From the NCBI RefSeq assembly GCF_009914755.1, contig NC_060926.1: DNA of 64,000 nt; one strand, written 5' to 3'. Positions within the stretch are counted from its first letter, which is position 1; each line of letters begins with the position of its first letter. The notes below the pieces were generated by a model. It searched no databases. It was given only the letters and a program-made list of their open reading frames with translations, and was not told the origin of the DNA. Of the stretch, positions 18,570 through 39,264 are shown piece after piece. The stretch is from the human T2T-CHM13v2.0 reference genome, Homo sapiens. A program made the translations under genes and the position numbers.

Positions 18570-19450
18570 AACGTAAACTGCCCATAGGGAGAGACTTTTT
18601 TGTCTATTCTGTTCACTGTTATATCCCCACAATTACTGACACATGGTAGCTGCTAAATCAATATTTGCTAAATGAATGAAAAGTTAAGCCTACTCCTGAC
18701 TCTTAGCCCATTTTACCACCTGCCAACTATGGTGATATCTGTAGCTCTTATCACCTGCACTTGCATCTTTCCTTATTCACTCCCTAATCTAATCAGACAA
18801 CTGTGCCCATTTTTTTCATCTCATCTCCAGTAGACTGAAGCATTCTGTAGGATAAGGATCTCTTCCAATTCACTTTTCTTTGAGCCACCATCCACATCCA
18901 CATCATTCAGTTATGCTGTCAACTGAGTATTTTAATTTTAAATTCTTCAGCATCAACAATGTGATAAATCTGTTTGTCAGTTTTCATCCTCTGCCACCCC
19001 CAAGTACAGGGGATAGTTCATTTGAAATCTCTAATCAAGCATCCACACACCACCAGCATTCAGCCAACATTATATTCAATCAACTAACTCCCAAGAGCTT
19101 AAGGGATGCTTGAAATTATTTTTCATCACTGAAATGCATATTGATCAAGGTATGTGGATTGCCTACAAATATTGTTCAAGCACTTTTGCCATTGCTTGAA
19201 CAAATCATCAGCATCTTTCTCTTGGAAAACTACAACAGCTTCCTAACTCGTTTCCCTGACCCCTCTTTCTTGTGCAGTCTTGCCACACCTCCGAGTTCAA
19301 CCTAGTCTTCACTACGCAAAATGATATTTATAAACATAGAGCTAATCGTTCACACACTCTCTTAAAGCTCTTCAGTGGCCTCTGTGCAATGCACAGCAAC
19401 TGAAGAGTTCAAGGCCACTGAGGATTCATCGCTTGTATATCTCTCTGGCC
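18570..19450 (+). mobile_element. L2 relic fragments
   Basis: L2 3'-end motif aatatttgctaaatgaatgaa at ~18660; L2 body motif tacaacagcttcctaact...cttaaagctcttcagtggcc at 19230-19380. Confidence 0.55.
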
Positions 19451-19491
19451 TTATCTTTCAACATCTACCACCTTCGCTCCCCATCCCCTCA

Positions 19492-19493
<2 letters not shown>

Positions 19494-19535
<42 letters not shown>

Positions 19536-19539
19536 ACAC
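19494..19539. repeat. (CA)n microsatellite
   Basis: Read directly. Confidence 0.95.
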
Positions 19540-19771
19540 CATCATTTTACTGCACGTGCACTTAGTTCACACTATCGTGTAAACCAAATCTGGGGACTCA
19601 AACAAATGCAGTTTCCCACTTTATCTGCATTTGTGAATGAGAAATGGTGACTTGTGTCTAAGCCTCTATGAGTCCAAGTCCCTCATCTATGAAGAAAAAT
19701 AATTCTCTCATTGCTAATTTTCTCAGCAGAGATTTCAGTGTATCCATTGGGGGTTATATAACTTTCATTTC

Positions 19772-20409
19772 TTTTTATAACTTTTATTTTAGGTTCAGAG
19801 GTAAATGTGCAGGTTTGTTATATAGGTAAATTGCATGTCATGGGGGTTTGATGTACAGATTATTTCATCACCGGGCTAATAAGCACAGTATCTGACACAC
19901 AGTTTCCTGCTCCTTTCCCTACTCCCACCCTCAATCCTCAAGTAGGCCCGTATGTTGTTCCTTTCTTTGTGTCCATGTGTTTTCAATATTTAGCTCCCAT
20001 CTCTCAGTAAGAACATGCCGTATTTGACTCTCTGTTCCTGCATTAGTTTGCTTAGGATTATGGCCTCCATCTCCATCCATGTTGCTGCAAAGGACATGAT
20101 CTCATTCTTTTTTATGGCTACGTAGTATTTCATGATGTATATGTACCACATTTTCTCTATCCAATTCACCGTTGATGGACACGTCGCTTGATTCCATGTC
20201 TTCGTTGTTGTGAATAGTGCTGCAACAACTTAATGGTTGCATTAATAAGGCATTAATGATGGTTGCATTATGCAAGCATAATGGTTGCATGTGTCTTTAT
20301 GGTAAAACAATTTATATTTTGAGGGGTATACACCCAATATTGGGATTGTTGGGTTGAATGGTACTTCTGTTGTAAGTTGTTTGAGAAATTGCCACACTAC
20401 TTTCCAAAT
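19772..20409 (-). mobile_element. 5'-truncated L1 3' end (L1PA15/16-like)
   Basis: Antisense L1 3'UTR and ORF2 end; TSD actttcatttctt/acttccatttctt. Confidence 0.85.
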
Positions 20410-20574
20410 ACTTCCATTTCTTAAAAGCTGGAAAATAAGATGACTAGAAAAACAGAATTGTTGAGCAGAGGGAAAGGCTAAGCACTGACTCTATGTATCT
20501 TTGCTTTGTTATAAAAGTCTTTTCAGTCTTGGGATACAGAATAATATACAAATCAGAAGATGAGCTCTGAACCA

Positions 20575-20790
20575 TGTCATCCAGAGCCACATCCTGCCTC
20601 CATCACATACTCTAGTGACTCTTTGAGCAAGTTATTTAATTCCTCAGGGACTCAATTTCTGGATTTGTTAAATGATAACAGTAACAGCACTTATCTGGAT
20701 TTTTATGAGAGTTAAATAAATTAATGCTTGTAAAATACTTAGCATAATGCCTGGCATGAAGTGAGGACTCAGTAAAGGTTTCATTATTAT
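20575..20790 (+). mobile_element. MIR
   Basis: ttgagcaagttatttaattcctc...aatgcttgtaaaatacttagcataatgcctggcat. Confidence 0.75.
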
Positions 20791-21100
20791 ACTGCAATTT
20801 GTAAACCAAAGGTCACCATATTGATTCCTTGATGGTATTATCATGGGAGAGGGTGATGGAGTGTGGTTGAATGAACATTGTCCCAGAGACCTAGTTTCTA
20901 GTCTCTGCTCTTCCACTCACTAATTGTGTGGCATTTGTTGAGGCTCATCCTAACGGTAGTACTTGATTTTCCCAATAAGAGTGTTGAACGAAGCAAAGTT
21001 ATTCAAATTTTAGCAATAAAACCCTCTTTCTAATGATATATATACATATATATGATTATACATATTTTTACATGTATATGTGTGTGTGTATATATTTGTG

Positions 21101-21527
21101 TATATATATAATTTTGCATAGTGAAGATTGGGTTGGACTTGGAGGTGGGGCAAGATTGCACAAGAAGGGGTGGGGGTGGTCAGGGAAATGAGTTAGGAAG
21201 CTGTTGCAGTTTTCCAAGAGAGAGATGCTGATGTGCCTGAACAATATTTTTATTTTTATTTATTGTTTATTTTATTTTATTTTGTAAGTTCCAGGATACA
21301 TGTGAAGGATGTGCAGGTTTGCTACATAGGTAAGCATGTGCCATGGTGGTTTGCTGCACCTATCAACCCACCACCTAGGTATTAAGCCCAGCATGCATTA
21401 GCTCTTTTTCCTAATGCGCTTCCCCCTTGCCCTCCCCTGACAGGGCCCAGTGTGTGTTGTTCCTCTCCCTGTGTCCATGTGTTCTCGTTGAACAATATCT
21501 TTAGGCAATCCACATACCTTGATCATT
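21101..21527 (-). repeat. Inverted duplicate of 19139-19335 (interrupted by L1 fragment 21248-21488)
   Basis: The reverse complement aligns with 19139-19335 at roughly 85% identity by eye. Confidence 0.85.
21248..21488 (-). mobile_element. Short L1 3'UTR fragment (L1PA8-10-like)
   Basis: T-rich tail then ggatacatgtgaaggatgtgcaggtttgctacatagg; TSD tgaacaatat (21238-21247, 21489-21498). Confidence 0.88.
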
Positions 21528-21773
21528 ATATATAATATATATAATGGCAATCCACATACCTTGATGATTGTATATAATATATTTTATAAAATATATATTT
21601 TATATATGTAAAATAGATATTATATAATCATATATAAAATAGATATTATATAATCATATATTATATAAAATAGATATATATTACATATGAATGAATATAT
21701 ATCATATATAATTATATGTAAATAAATGCACATTATATATAATTTATATAAATTATATAAAATATGTATTACT
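21526..21773. repeat. AT-rich/(TA)n low-complexity tract (continues 29321-29500)
   Basis: Read directly. Confidence 0.9.
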
Positions 21774-29320
<7,547 letters not shown>

Positions 29321-30179
29321 TAAAATATATATTATATATTATATATTATATTATACATAGTGATCAAAGTATGTGGATTGCCTAAATATATTGTTTTAGC
29401 AATGAAACCCTGTTTCTAATTATATATATTAGATATATATATCTAATTAGGTATCTAATATATATGTCATTGCTAAAATACATTGTTAAATATACATATA
29501 TTTAACACTATCAGTACAGAAGATAGATAAAAGTGTTGCTGGTTTAATTGAAGCAGGGCTTGATCCCCAGCTCTGGGGCTTTCATCTTCCTCCTAATTAT
29601 TCCCACCCAAACCCTCTGAGATAATATGGACAACCCTAAGTCTCGTAGGTGAGATCACTGGATTACATGACTTTTGAGGACTTTTAATTTAGGAATGACT
29701 TTCCCTTTCAAAAGTAGTTTCAAAAGTTCAAGCCATATAGTAAATACACAATAAATATTAACTATTATCACAGTTGATGATGATATAGGAACATCCTGAC
29801 TGGCCGCTTTGTTCATGTATATATTCAACAAGTAATTTTTGGACAGCCTAGTATGTGTTCAGATGCTTGACTAGTCCTGGATCATTTGAAGCCTATTGTC
29901 ATTCTAACACAAGAATGGTAGGCCTCTCCATGGCTACTAGCAGTCACAGGTTAGTATTAATAATAGACCTAATACAGTGACAGACACCTGCAGAAATCAA
30001 CCCCAATCCAGGCTCATTCCACAGCCACCTTCTTAACCAGTCTCCCGCAACTGGTTATTTGCTTTTTCAAGAACAGCATTGTAAGAGGTAACACTGAGTA
30101 AATACCCTGAGTTGTCAACCAAGGAGCCTCCCAGATGAGTCAGTCTGAGAATAAGTCAACCCTGGGTGTCCAAGATAGC

Positions 30180-30250
30180 ATAGGAGGTTGCAGTAACCCA
30201 AGTTTGTGCCACTCCACTCCAGCTTGGGTGACAGACCAAAACTCTGTCTC
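30180..30250 (+). mobile_element. Alu 3' fragment
   Basis: ggaggttgcagt...cactccagcttgggtgacagac. Confidence 0.8.
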
Positions 30251-30306
30251 AAAAAAGAAAGAAGAAAGAAAGAGAGAAAGAAAGGAAGGAAGAAAGGAAG
30301 AAAAAA

Positions 30307-30369
<63 letters not shown>

Positions 30370-30490
30370 GAGAGAGAGAGAAAGGGAAATGGAAAGGAAG
30401 GAAGGGAAAGGGAAAAGGAAAGGGAAAGGGAAAGAGGGGAAGGGAAGGGAAGGAAAAGAGAAAAAATAAAAGGAAAGAAAAGAAAAAAAG
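30251..30490. repeat. (GAAA)n/(GGAA)n polypurine tract grown from the Alu tail
   Basis: Pure GAAA run ~30309-30367 inside a ~240-bp purine tract. Confidence 0.95.
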
Positions 30491-30736
30491 CCCTTGTATA
30501 CATCAGGGAACAGAGAAAAGAAAGTCGGGGATACCTTTGGTAATGGGATTGTTAAGAGACAACAGAAATCCCCTAGACCATCATGATGAGTGTCAGTAGC
30601 AAGCTGGGAGAGATTTTTAGAAACAAGAATAAATCTTTGGGTCCCAATTTCCAACCAGTCCCACACACTTGGAGTTTCTCCCTTTACTTCCAACCTTATA
30701 GGATTGGGTGGTGGTTTATTAGGAATGCCAGTGGCA

Positions 30737-31069
<333 letters not shown>

Positions 31070-31246
31070 TCACTGTGTCTTCCCACAACTGTTGTCTACT
31101 CCTCATCTACCGCCACATAGACCTGTGCCCTTTTCACTGCTGTTCTTCAAAGAATTCACCTCTACAGGGGCAGCCATGGTGAGGGCTTTGGCAGTCTGCT
31201 CCCACAGAGAACAGGCATACTGGGCTCTCTCTCAAATTCATCCTAG

Positions 31247-31843
31247 TGCTATGGACTAAATTGTATCCTCCCCAAAATTCATATGTTGAAGCCCTAACCC
31301 TTCATGTGACTGTACAATCATGCACTGCTTAGCAATGGGGATACATTCTGAGAAACGCATCACCAGGAAGTTTTATCATAGTGACATTGCAGAGTGTGCT
31401 TACACAAACCTAGATGGCATAGCCTACTAAAGTATAGCATTATAATGTGAGACTACCATTGCATATGTTGTTCATTATTGACCAAACCATTGTTATGAGG
31501 CACATGTCTGTATTTGGAAATGAGGAGGCCTTCAGAAGGTAATTAAGATTAAATGAGACCATAAGGGTGGGGGCCTGAACTGACAGGATTAGTGCCCTTA
31601 TAAGAAGAGACACCAGAGAGCTGACCCTCTTCCTTCCCGCACACATACCAAGGAAAGGCCACGTGAGGATGCAACAAGAAGGCAGCCATCTGCAAGCCAA
31701 GAAGAGAACCCTCACCTGAAACCAAGCCCTGCTGGCCCCTTGATCTTGGACTTCTCAGCCTCCAGAACTGTGAGAAAATAAATGTCTGTTGTTTAAACCA
31801 TGCACTCTGTGGTATTTTGTTATGTTGCCTGAGCAGACCAGCA
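31247..31843 (+). mobile_element. MLT1A-like solo LTR interrupted by a Tigger MITE
   Basis: tgctatggactaaattgtatcctccccaaaattcatatgttgaagccctaacc...cagcctccagaactgtgagaaaataaat. Confidence 0.85.
31315..31510. mobile_element. Tigger3-derived MITE (MER7/Tigger3a-like)
   Basis: Degenerate TIRs caatcatgcactgc.../...gaggcacatgtctg, TA duplication on both sides, internal acacaaacctagatggcatagcctact. Confidence 0.8.
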
Positions 31844-32370
31844 TAGAGATCTTTGGTTTTAAGGGATGTCTCACATCCGGTTTTGGGCTATTGAGCTGCC
31901 TAAGGAAACATTATCATCCTCTGGACAGAGGCTTCATGCTGGCAATCAAAACCAGCTTTGTTCCACTCTATAACTCTCTGGAAATGTCTGAATCCATTCT
32001 GGCAATGTGCTTATTCCTTTGCAATGCGCCAACTGGAGCTTCAAAAGCCTTCTTGAGATCAAGCTTTTGAAAATGTGGCTTGGTGTATGAATGACCGTCA
32101 GCGAACGTCGCTCTCCATCCCTGCCAACTGATTCAGCCTGCATAGGCTCCTCCACTCTGCTGGGGCCAGGAGGTTGGGCAGAGGAATGTGGCTTCCAGCA
32201 AAACAAACCACATTGAAAAATATATAGTCATGCAGATACATACATAGATAGCCTGGTTATAACAACAATGAATGCTTATTATAGAAAAATTGAAAAAAAT
32301 AATTTAAGTATGAAGAAGAAAATTTAAATTACCCATAATCCCACCGCTTAGGTGCACTTCCTTCCAGTCA

Positions 32371-32371
32371 T

Positions 32372-32421
<50 letters not shown>

Positions 32422-32468
32422 AGAATTGGGATCATACCATATATATGTATATATATATATATATATAT
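32371..32468. repeat. (TG)n followed by (TA)n microsatellites
   Basis: Read directly. Confidence 0.95.
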
Positions 32469-33298
32469 CCTCCTTTGTCATTTAACTTCATTTATCATGG
32501 ATGTATTGTCAAGTCATTAAGTGTTCTTAAAAAAAATACTGTTTTTGTGGCATTTTCCATGTGTGACCTTTACCTAAGTGCATGAATCTATTCATGTAAA
32601 AATGCCAAAGGGAAAGGGGCTGATGGCAGCTTGATTTCCGCGTGCTCTGAACTCCTTAGCAGTGATTGCCATTTACCAAGGTGGGCTACCCAGAGAAATG
32701 GTGGGATCTTTTTTTTCTCTAGAAGAATTTCAGAATGAAAAGTCCCCTCCAGTGGGGGCTGCAGCTTTTAAAAAAGTTTCTCAGGCATGCCAGTCATCTG
32801 GGGTCATAACCAGTCACCTTAGGTTTTTACTCCTTCCCTCACCCTGCCATCAAGATACAGCCCTGGGAGGATGCTGACAAACAAGTGCGCTTGTCTCTTA
32901 CCTGCAGGCCAGTGCCTAAAATCCTAGACTTTCAGGTCCACCTCTTTCCACCCCCTGGGGGAGAACACAGAGACCTAGAGAGTGGAGGCAGTGGCTTGTG
33001 AGGGGCAGCCCTGAGACAGGAACGCAGGCCTAGGCCCTCATGCTTGCTCCTTTCTCTCCTTTTATTATAATGAAGTTTTTTTTCAGGCATACAAAAAAGT
33101 ATAATCCAAGAAGATAAATACTTTGTTTCCCCCACTCAACTTCAGAAATAAAAATATCTCTGAACTTCCTCAGTTCCCCTTCCCATTTCTCACCCTTCCT
33201 CCTCACCTCCCCCTAAATAGTGACCACAGTCCCAAGTTTTTGGTCTTCATGCCACAGAAATTTTCATATCTTTATTGCATATGCATACAAAAAATCAT

Positions 33299-33609
<311 letters not shown>

Positions 33610-35451
33610 GAAATTATATGTTTTCACATTTTAAACTACATATACTTGCTATCATACTTTGGGACCCTTTTGCAACTTTTTTTGTTTCACTCAATGCTTT
33701 TAAAGATTCACCTACATTTTAACATCAAGAATATTCCAGACTATGAACGTGTCACAATATATTTACCTATTCTCAGGTTTGTGAACATTTAGGACATGTT
33801 TTACCACCACAGAGGCACAGCAATGAATATTCTTGCACAAGAATATTGTACCTAATTTTTCCTGGGCTGAGCTCACTAAGCTAAGTAGCCTGTGATCGTG
33901 AGCTGTTCCCCAGATATGCATAGATTCTGGGTACAGTTCTGCAGTTACTAAATTTGTGTTATGCCATCCTGGAGAGGGTGGAAAGGAAACAGCAGTAGTG
34001 GAATGAATGAGTTGGACCCAGAACAACTTGGCAGGTGGAAATACATGTAGGAAAACCCCTGCTGAAAATAGAAGAGGGAAAAAAAATTCCAGGAGAAACT
34101 GTGCTCCCAACTCCCCCTGTGATCAATTCCCAAACTCCTTTCCTGGAGGAGCTCTGAGGCCTGTAGGAGATAGAAGGTCATATACTCAGACATTTATTGA
34201 TTGAAAAAAGGTGAAGTCTAACCCTTTCTTTGTCTTTTTGATCATTAAATGAAAAATGCTATAGATGCTAAAGTTCTTCTGAAACATTTGACTAATTGCC
34301 TGAATTAGGAACAATTTTTTTTTATCATTGCCTCAAGTTTTTTAATAGCTGTTTTTTAAGAGAATATTCTTGAAGAATTCAAGCAACACCATCAAGTAAC
34401 ATTTATTCATTTGAAGTTTTATCCTCTCTTTCTGTTTTTAAGATCCTCTGAAAAAGCTTAATGTTTATCCCTCCAATTTTGGCCTGCTTTAGCAAGTGCC
34501 AAAATTTTTGCCCTGAGTTTTTTTTTTTTTTTTTAACAAAGCTGAAATTAACACTGCTCTCTTGACCCAGCTACAAAAGCTCTTCCTTTACATAATGACT
34601 TTCACCCATATGGGAATGAAGCTTATGAGTCTATCACCAGCCACGGAAAATGAAATTCTCTAAATCTCAATGAAATAATGTCTGTCTTTGGCCTTTCTTA
34701 ACTAAAAGAGTGAAGGATTTAGACACAAAGAAAACAGATAGTTGAAATCTGGGCACCTTGCCTTCCCAGAATGTGCTTGCTCCAAAGTAGGTCAGACTGT
34801 ATTGCTACAAATCTTAACAATTCTTTTTAATACTTTCACTCATTACATTTGAGGGCTTGGAGGGAGAATAATTCCTTCAATTAATTAAAGAAAAATTACA
34901 GTAGTGAAAGAAAGGCTCCAGAAGTGCCAAGGATCTCTATCTCTAACCCCGGTGAGTTCATCAACATTAAAATTACTATCAAAAGAATCACTGGTAGTGA
35001 CGCAATTATTATACAGTTGATGCTTCCATGGCCTGCCATGGTTGACTGCGGACATTCATTCTCCCTCCTCGTGTCTGAGCTGACGCAGCTTCAGGAGAGG
35101 CCAAGACCAAGCTGCAAGAAGAGAAAACTGGAATGAACCCGACCTCTCTCAGGTTGACATCCCTCTCCAGGGGTGTCCAGGGATGGTGTTTTTTAAGCCC
35201 AGAATTCAGGAGAAACTTCCTAGAAGGCACAGATTTTGATGGAGGTGTGTGGGGTGATGCAAATATCCTGGAAGCTTGCATATTCTAAGTCCCTGGGGGC
35301 ATATTGTTTCTGAATCCAAATCCTTTTTTTTTTTTTTTTTTGGCCCCTCCTATACTTCTTCCTTAACCACAGAGGGATACAGGTGCACCTAAAAGCAACC
35401 TTGCCAGGAAGTAAACGGTACAATTTAGTCACAGAATCAAAATGTTGCCAG

Positions 35452-35590
35452 TTTATTTTATTTTATTTTATTTTATTTTATTTTATTTTATTATTTTTTT
35501 GGTGAGGCAGAGTCTCACTCTGTCGCCCACCCTGGAGTGTAGTGGCATAATCACAGCTCACTGCAGCGTCAACTTCCCAGGCTCAAGCTA
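35452..35590 (-). mobile_element. AluJ/FLAM 3' fragment with (TTTTA)n tail
   Basis: agtctcactctgtcgcccaccctggagtgtagtggcataatcacagctcactgcag. Confidence 0.85.
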
Positions 35591-35949
35591 AATTTTCTAT
35601 CTAATTGCGTATTTCTGACTTCAAAATCTTTTAAACTCCTTTTCTAAATCATCACAAGCCAGCAAAATGTGCTGGGCTTTAAGGGATTTTTCAAAGACCT
35701 CTAGCTTATTCTCCTAGCACATCTGAGTCTCTGCAAGAAATTATCCCAGAAAGATGACTCTTCATTAAGCTATCCAGAAACAAAATTTTCCAGTGTTCCC
35801 CCAATTAACCAATCTAGGACAACACAGATACCATCAACAAATTCTGTCTTCTATGTATCTAAAAGATAGAGGCCTTATTTCAGCCCTCACTGGGAGGGAA
35901 ATATTGTTCTCATATTATTATTTATGTCCCTAATGTTACTTTCTTAACC

Positions 35950-36406
35950 GTAGTTATCAGCTATTACCAAAAATATACTGCATAAGAAGCAATCTGGAAA
36001 CTCAATGGTATGACAAATGTATTCGTTCTTCCTCAGGTATTTGTGTCGTTAGAGATTTGATGAACCTGGGTTGACCTCAGCTAGTTTGGCATTCAAGCCG
36101 TGGGTTGAGACGAGGTCTACTCTACTTGTCTCTCATTCTCCTCAGATCAGCAGCTTCCAGAGGTCTGGTCTTCCTGTGTGGGGAAAAGCAGAAGCACAAA
36201 TGAACAAGCCCAACCCCACTGGTAGATGTAAAGCCTACGTCTGCTTCACACCCACTAACATTCCTTTGGCCAAAGCAAATCACACGGCCAAACCTAACAT
36301 CAATGGAGCCAAACAATAAACCCTACTGTCCGTGGTGGAACCACAAACTCACATGACAAGAGTGTGCGCTGAAGGGCAAGTGGGAAAAATAATGTAATCT
36401 ACCACC
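35950..36406 (-). mobile_element. Old MLT1 (H-K-like) LTR
   Basis: ctaacattcctttggccaaagcaaatcacacggccaaacctaacatcaatgg...aatgtaatctaccac. Confidence 0.6.
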
Positions 36407-36657
36407 CAAATATTTTCTATTTTAAGCTAAAGCTATAGTTATTACCATGTTTGGAACGTTAGAAGACCCCACAGAGAATCAGATAAACTTCTGAATTTCC
36501 CCATTACTGGGTATATACCCAAAGGAAAAAAAGTTATTCTAGAAAAAAGATACATGCACATGTATGTTCATCACAGCATCATTCACAATAGCAAAGACAT
36601 GGAATCAACCTAGGTACCCATCAGTGGTGAACTGGATCAAGAAAATGTGGTACCTAT

Positions 36658-38572
36658 TGATATGGTTTGACTCTGTGTCCCCATCCAAATCTCATATTGG
36701 ATTGTAATCCCCAGTGTTGGAGGTAGGGCCTGGTAGGAGGTAATTGCATCACAGGATACTTGGAGTGTCGCTTTGCCAGCCAGAAACCTCTGTGGCCAGT
36801 GTCGCCTTTACCCTAGTTTTTACTTAGGGCCACTGGGCTTGTTCCACCCCCTTGGCCTGGCAGGCTGCACTCAGCTAGCACTACTGGCCCAAATCTCATG
36901 CCTGCCAAGGGCAAGCCAGGCATGGAGCAGCGAGGGGTGTGTGAGCGAGTGAGCAAGGGGTGTGTGAGCAAGCAAGTATGGGGTCTGGCCACTAAACACA
37001 GCCAGGCATGCAGGCTGCAGTGGGGTGGGCAGCTCCAAGTGCCAGCACTGACACTGGCTCTCTGTGAAGCTGCAGCTGGACCAGGCGTACCACAAGCAGC
37101 TTCCACTGCTGGCACCAGGGAATGTGGTGGTGCCTGGAGGCTTGGAGACACCAGGAACTGCAGAGCCTCAAAAAGGTTGTCACAGTCCTGGCTCGGGGAG
37201 CTCCTAGATCTGGGCTCCCCAAAGGGCCACAGCTCTTCTCTCTTTCTCTCTTCTCTCCTTGTCACCCACAATGTGGCAAGCAAGGGATGTGTTTCAGCCC
37301 TGTTTGTGTTACAGATCTTTAAGCCCTGCCATTCAGCAGGTCTCAACTTCTTGTCCTGTGTCCAGGAAGAATGAGGTGCACAGACAAGGATAGGATGAGC
37401 AACGCGAAAAGGAGTTTTACTGAGAGACAAACAGCTCAAAGGAGACCCTCAGGCAGGTCATCCCGACGAATGTTCAGCTCGTAGCAGACAGGAGACCCTG
37501 CAGTAGGTAGCTCCTCTCCACAGGCAGGTCATCCCATCATCTCTTCAAGTCTGGCTGAGTCTGGGCTTTTATGGGCTTCAGAGAAGAGGAAGTGTGTGCT
37601 GATTCGTTCATGGATGGCCATGGGCAGGCTCAGAAAATGCATCATAAGTTCACATTCTGGTCCATCAGTCCAGCCCCCAGGCTTCAGGTTGTCTCTGGCT
37701 TGAAGGTGGGGCTTCACCCAGGACCCACCCCTTTCCACCCAGAAGTCTGTCTGCTTTCTACTGTTGCTCAGGCTGTTTGTGTTGAGGGGCACCTGCAGGC
37801 CCCTGTGGAGCCTCCCTCAGCACCTTCTCAGCCTCCCTCCCATGCTTGTCAGTGCCCAAAGTCTGGAGGGGGCTGAGGCAGCAGAGGGCTGGTGTGTTAG
37901 CACTGCCCCAAGTGTGGGCACACCCAGCCAGGTTGCAACAGCACCCAGACTCATCCTCAACTTTGCTCTGAGATCAGAGCAGGCACCGGGAGTGGGGAGA
38001 GGCCAGGCAGCAGGAGCAAGCACTTCTGAGCCTGTGGGTATAAGGAGGGCTTCCCAGACCCCCCAAGAATGCAGAGATGCCCAGGTCTGCATCTGCAGCT
38101 CTGCCTGAGGTGCATGAGGCTCCTGCCCCTTCAACTCAGGAGGGGGCGGGGCTTCCACCTGTTCCTAGCTCCCACCGGCTCCATGGAGCATGCAGCCCCA
38201 GCCCTGCCTCCCCCACTGCAGCCAGCATCATGGCAGTGGTCACTCCAGGTGGGCCACTGCTGCCATCAATTAGATCATGGGAACAGTTTTTAATGGTTTA
38301 GCACCATCCCCCTAGCGCTATCTTGTGGTGGAGTTCTCATGAGATCTGGTTGTTTAAAAGTGTGCAGCACCTCCCTGCCCGCCTCCTACTCTGGCCATGT
38401 AAGATGGGCCTGCTTCCCCTTCATCTTTCACCATGATTGTGAGTTTCCCGAGGCATCTTCATCCATGCTTCCTGTACAGCCTGTGGAACTGTGAGTCAAT
38501 TGAACCTCTTTTCTTTACAAATTACCCAGTCTCAGGTATTTCTTTATTGCAGTGCAAGAACAGGCTAATACA
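36658..38572 (+). mobile_element. MST (MSTB-like) solo LTR, split by MER52
   Basis: tgatatggtttgactctgtgtcccc ... acaggctaataca; TSD cctat/catat. Confidence 0.88.
36747..38268 (-). mobile_element. MER52A-like long ERV1 solo LTR
   Basis: Minus strand begins tgatggcagcagtggcccacctggagtgaccactgcc; ~1.5 kb GC-rich; 4-bp TSD attg/atta. Confidence 0.82.
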
Positions 38573-38983
38573 CATATACACCATGGAATACTATGCAGCC
38601 ATAAAAAGAATGAAATCATACCCTTTGCAGCAACATGGATGCAGCTGGAGGCCGTTATCCTAAGTGAATTAATGCAGGAACAGAAAACCAAACACTACAT
38701 GTTCTCACTCATAAATGGGAACTAAACATTGAGTGCTCATGGACATAAAGACGGGAACAATAAACACTGGAGACTACTCGAAGGGGGAGAGCTGGAAGGG
38801 GGTAAGGGCTGAAAAACACCTATTGGGTAGGTACTATGCTCACTCTGTGGTGGTGGGACCATTCGTACCCCAAACCTCAGCATCAGGCAATATATTCATT
38901 TAAGAAACTTGCATGTTTACCCTATGAATCCGAAACAAAAGTTGAAATTATTATTATTTTTAAAAATTTAAAAAAAAGCTTCT

Positions 38984-39260
38984 GGCCGGTTGTGGTGGTT
39001 CACGCCTGTAATCCTAACACTGTGGGAGACTGAGGTCTGGTGTTTGAGACCAGCCTGGCCAACATGGCGAAACCCCGTCTCTACTAAAAATACAAAAATT
39101 AGCTGGGTGTGATGGCAGTTGCCTATAATCCCGGCTACTCGGGAGGCTGAGGCAGGAGAATCGTTTGAACCCAGGGGAGCGGAGGTTGCAGTGAGCCGAG
39201 ATCGCGCCACTTCACTCCAGCCTGGGGGAAAGAGCAAAACTCCATCTCAAAAAAAGAAAA
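38984..39260 (+). mobile_element. AluS with short left-arm deletion
   Basis: gggagactgaggtc joins the two ctgagg microhomologies; TSD aaaagcttctg. Confidence 0.9.
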
Positions 39261-39264
39261 GCTT

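Larger units (their letters stand above)
36496..38977 (+). mobile_element. L1PB/L1PA17-like 3' fragment hosting nested LTRs
   Basis: cccattactgggtatatacccaaagg... resumes at 38573 with atacaccatggaatactatgcagcc and the 3'UTR. Confidence 0.85.

Noticed and set aside
30115-30693. 192-aa Phe/Leu/Ser-rich and 154-aa Lys/Glu/Arg-rich ORFs
   Set aside because: Translations of the (GAAA)n tract.
36813-38301. Cluster of 60-208 aa ORFs
   Set aside because: All lie within the GC-rich MER52 LTR and show no recognisable protein motifs.
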